This document shows positions 63,342 through 64,000 of a stretch of DNA of 64,000 bases, in pieces. Source of the DNA: Octopus vulgaris (taxonomy: Eukaryota); NCBI GenBank assembly GCA_951406725.2, contig OX597814.1:110546001-110610000 (forward strand), written 5' to 3'. Under the pieces are notes generated by a model. That model ran no database searches. It saw only the letters and a program-made list of their open reading frames with translations, and was not told where the DNA came from. The stretch's first letter is position 1. Every line of letters starts with the position of its first letter. Made by a program: the position numbers and the translations under genes.

Positions 63342-64000
63342 TTAATGTTCACTTTTTTGTCTTTTTGTATTATTTTCTGTACACTGTGAATGCACTTCTA
63401 GCTTTCATTGCTGTCTTTCTTTATTTGACTTCTTTCTCCTTTCTGTCTCCTCTTTTAACCTTTTCTGACTAGTTCTAATGCACCTGAAAACTGTATATAA
63501 TAATTTCATTAATTCTATTATGTTATTAAGAGTGCTTAAGAGGAATCAGATATAGTATGCAAGAAAGAAGACTGCACTGGTATGGACAGGTGATGCATAT
63601 GGATAGTGACAGCTGTTTAAAGAAGTACTGACCACTAAATGTGGCTGGAGCTATATTTTTAGTAATATATTAGTAATATTCATTTATTAATTATTAAGAT
63701 ATCTAATATTATTATGGAAATTTTATTACTTAATATGATATATAATCTATTTTCATTAAGTTCATAGCTTGATTAATTGGCAATTATTTTCACATAATAT
63801 CTACATTCAGTTTTATCTTAATGTATTGTTGTATATTTATTTATATATTGCTTTTTTACATTGATTTTTGTATTTTGTTTTAAAATGTTATGCCGTAGAT
63901 TGACAAATGATTATTTAGTATGAAATATAATTGGTTTATGTTATCAATACATTTTGTTTGTTATCAAAGCTTTACTGCTCATTGATACAATATTTCTTAT

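Overview
AT-rich, repeat-dense eukaryotic DNA. The SINE/LINE repertoire looks like an Octopus-type coleoid cephalopod genome (inference). The one solidly supported host gene is the 5' part of a UBE3B-like HECT E3 ubiquitin ligase on +: 12 coding exons at 44965-62688, all GT-AG and phase-consistent, 331 aa, continuing beyond the window. It is probably driven from a CpG-containing, possibly bidirectional promoter at about 37.4-38.0 kb that carries an RFX X-box. Most of the rest is mobile DNA: RTE and CR1 LINE relics, three tRNA-derived SINE families, Helitrons, piggyBac/mariner/Tigger-type MITEs, foldbacks and microsatellites. The most striking object is a 2.03-kb non-LTR retroelement (323-2350, -). 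It encodes only an intact CCHC-knuckle ORF1, is flanked by a perfect 15-bp TSD, sits inside the tRNA-derived head of a SINE, has three repeated hairpins after its stop codon, and shares its 3' tail with one local SINE family. The window also holds several degenerate minimal hammerhead-ribozyme motifs and long intronic foldbacks. Repeat boundaries were read by eye and are approximate unless a TSD or TIR is cited; no searches were run.
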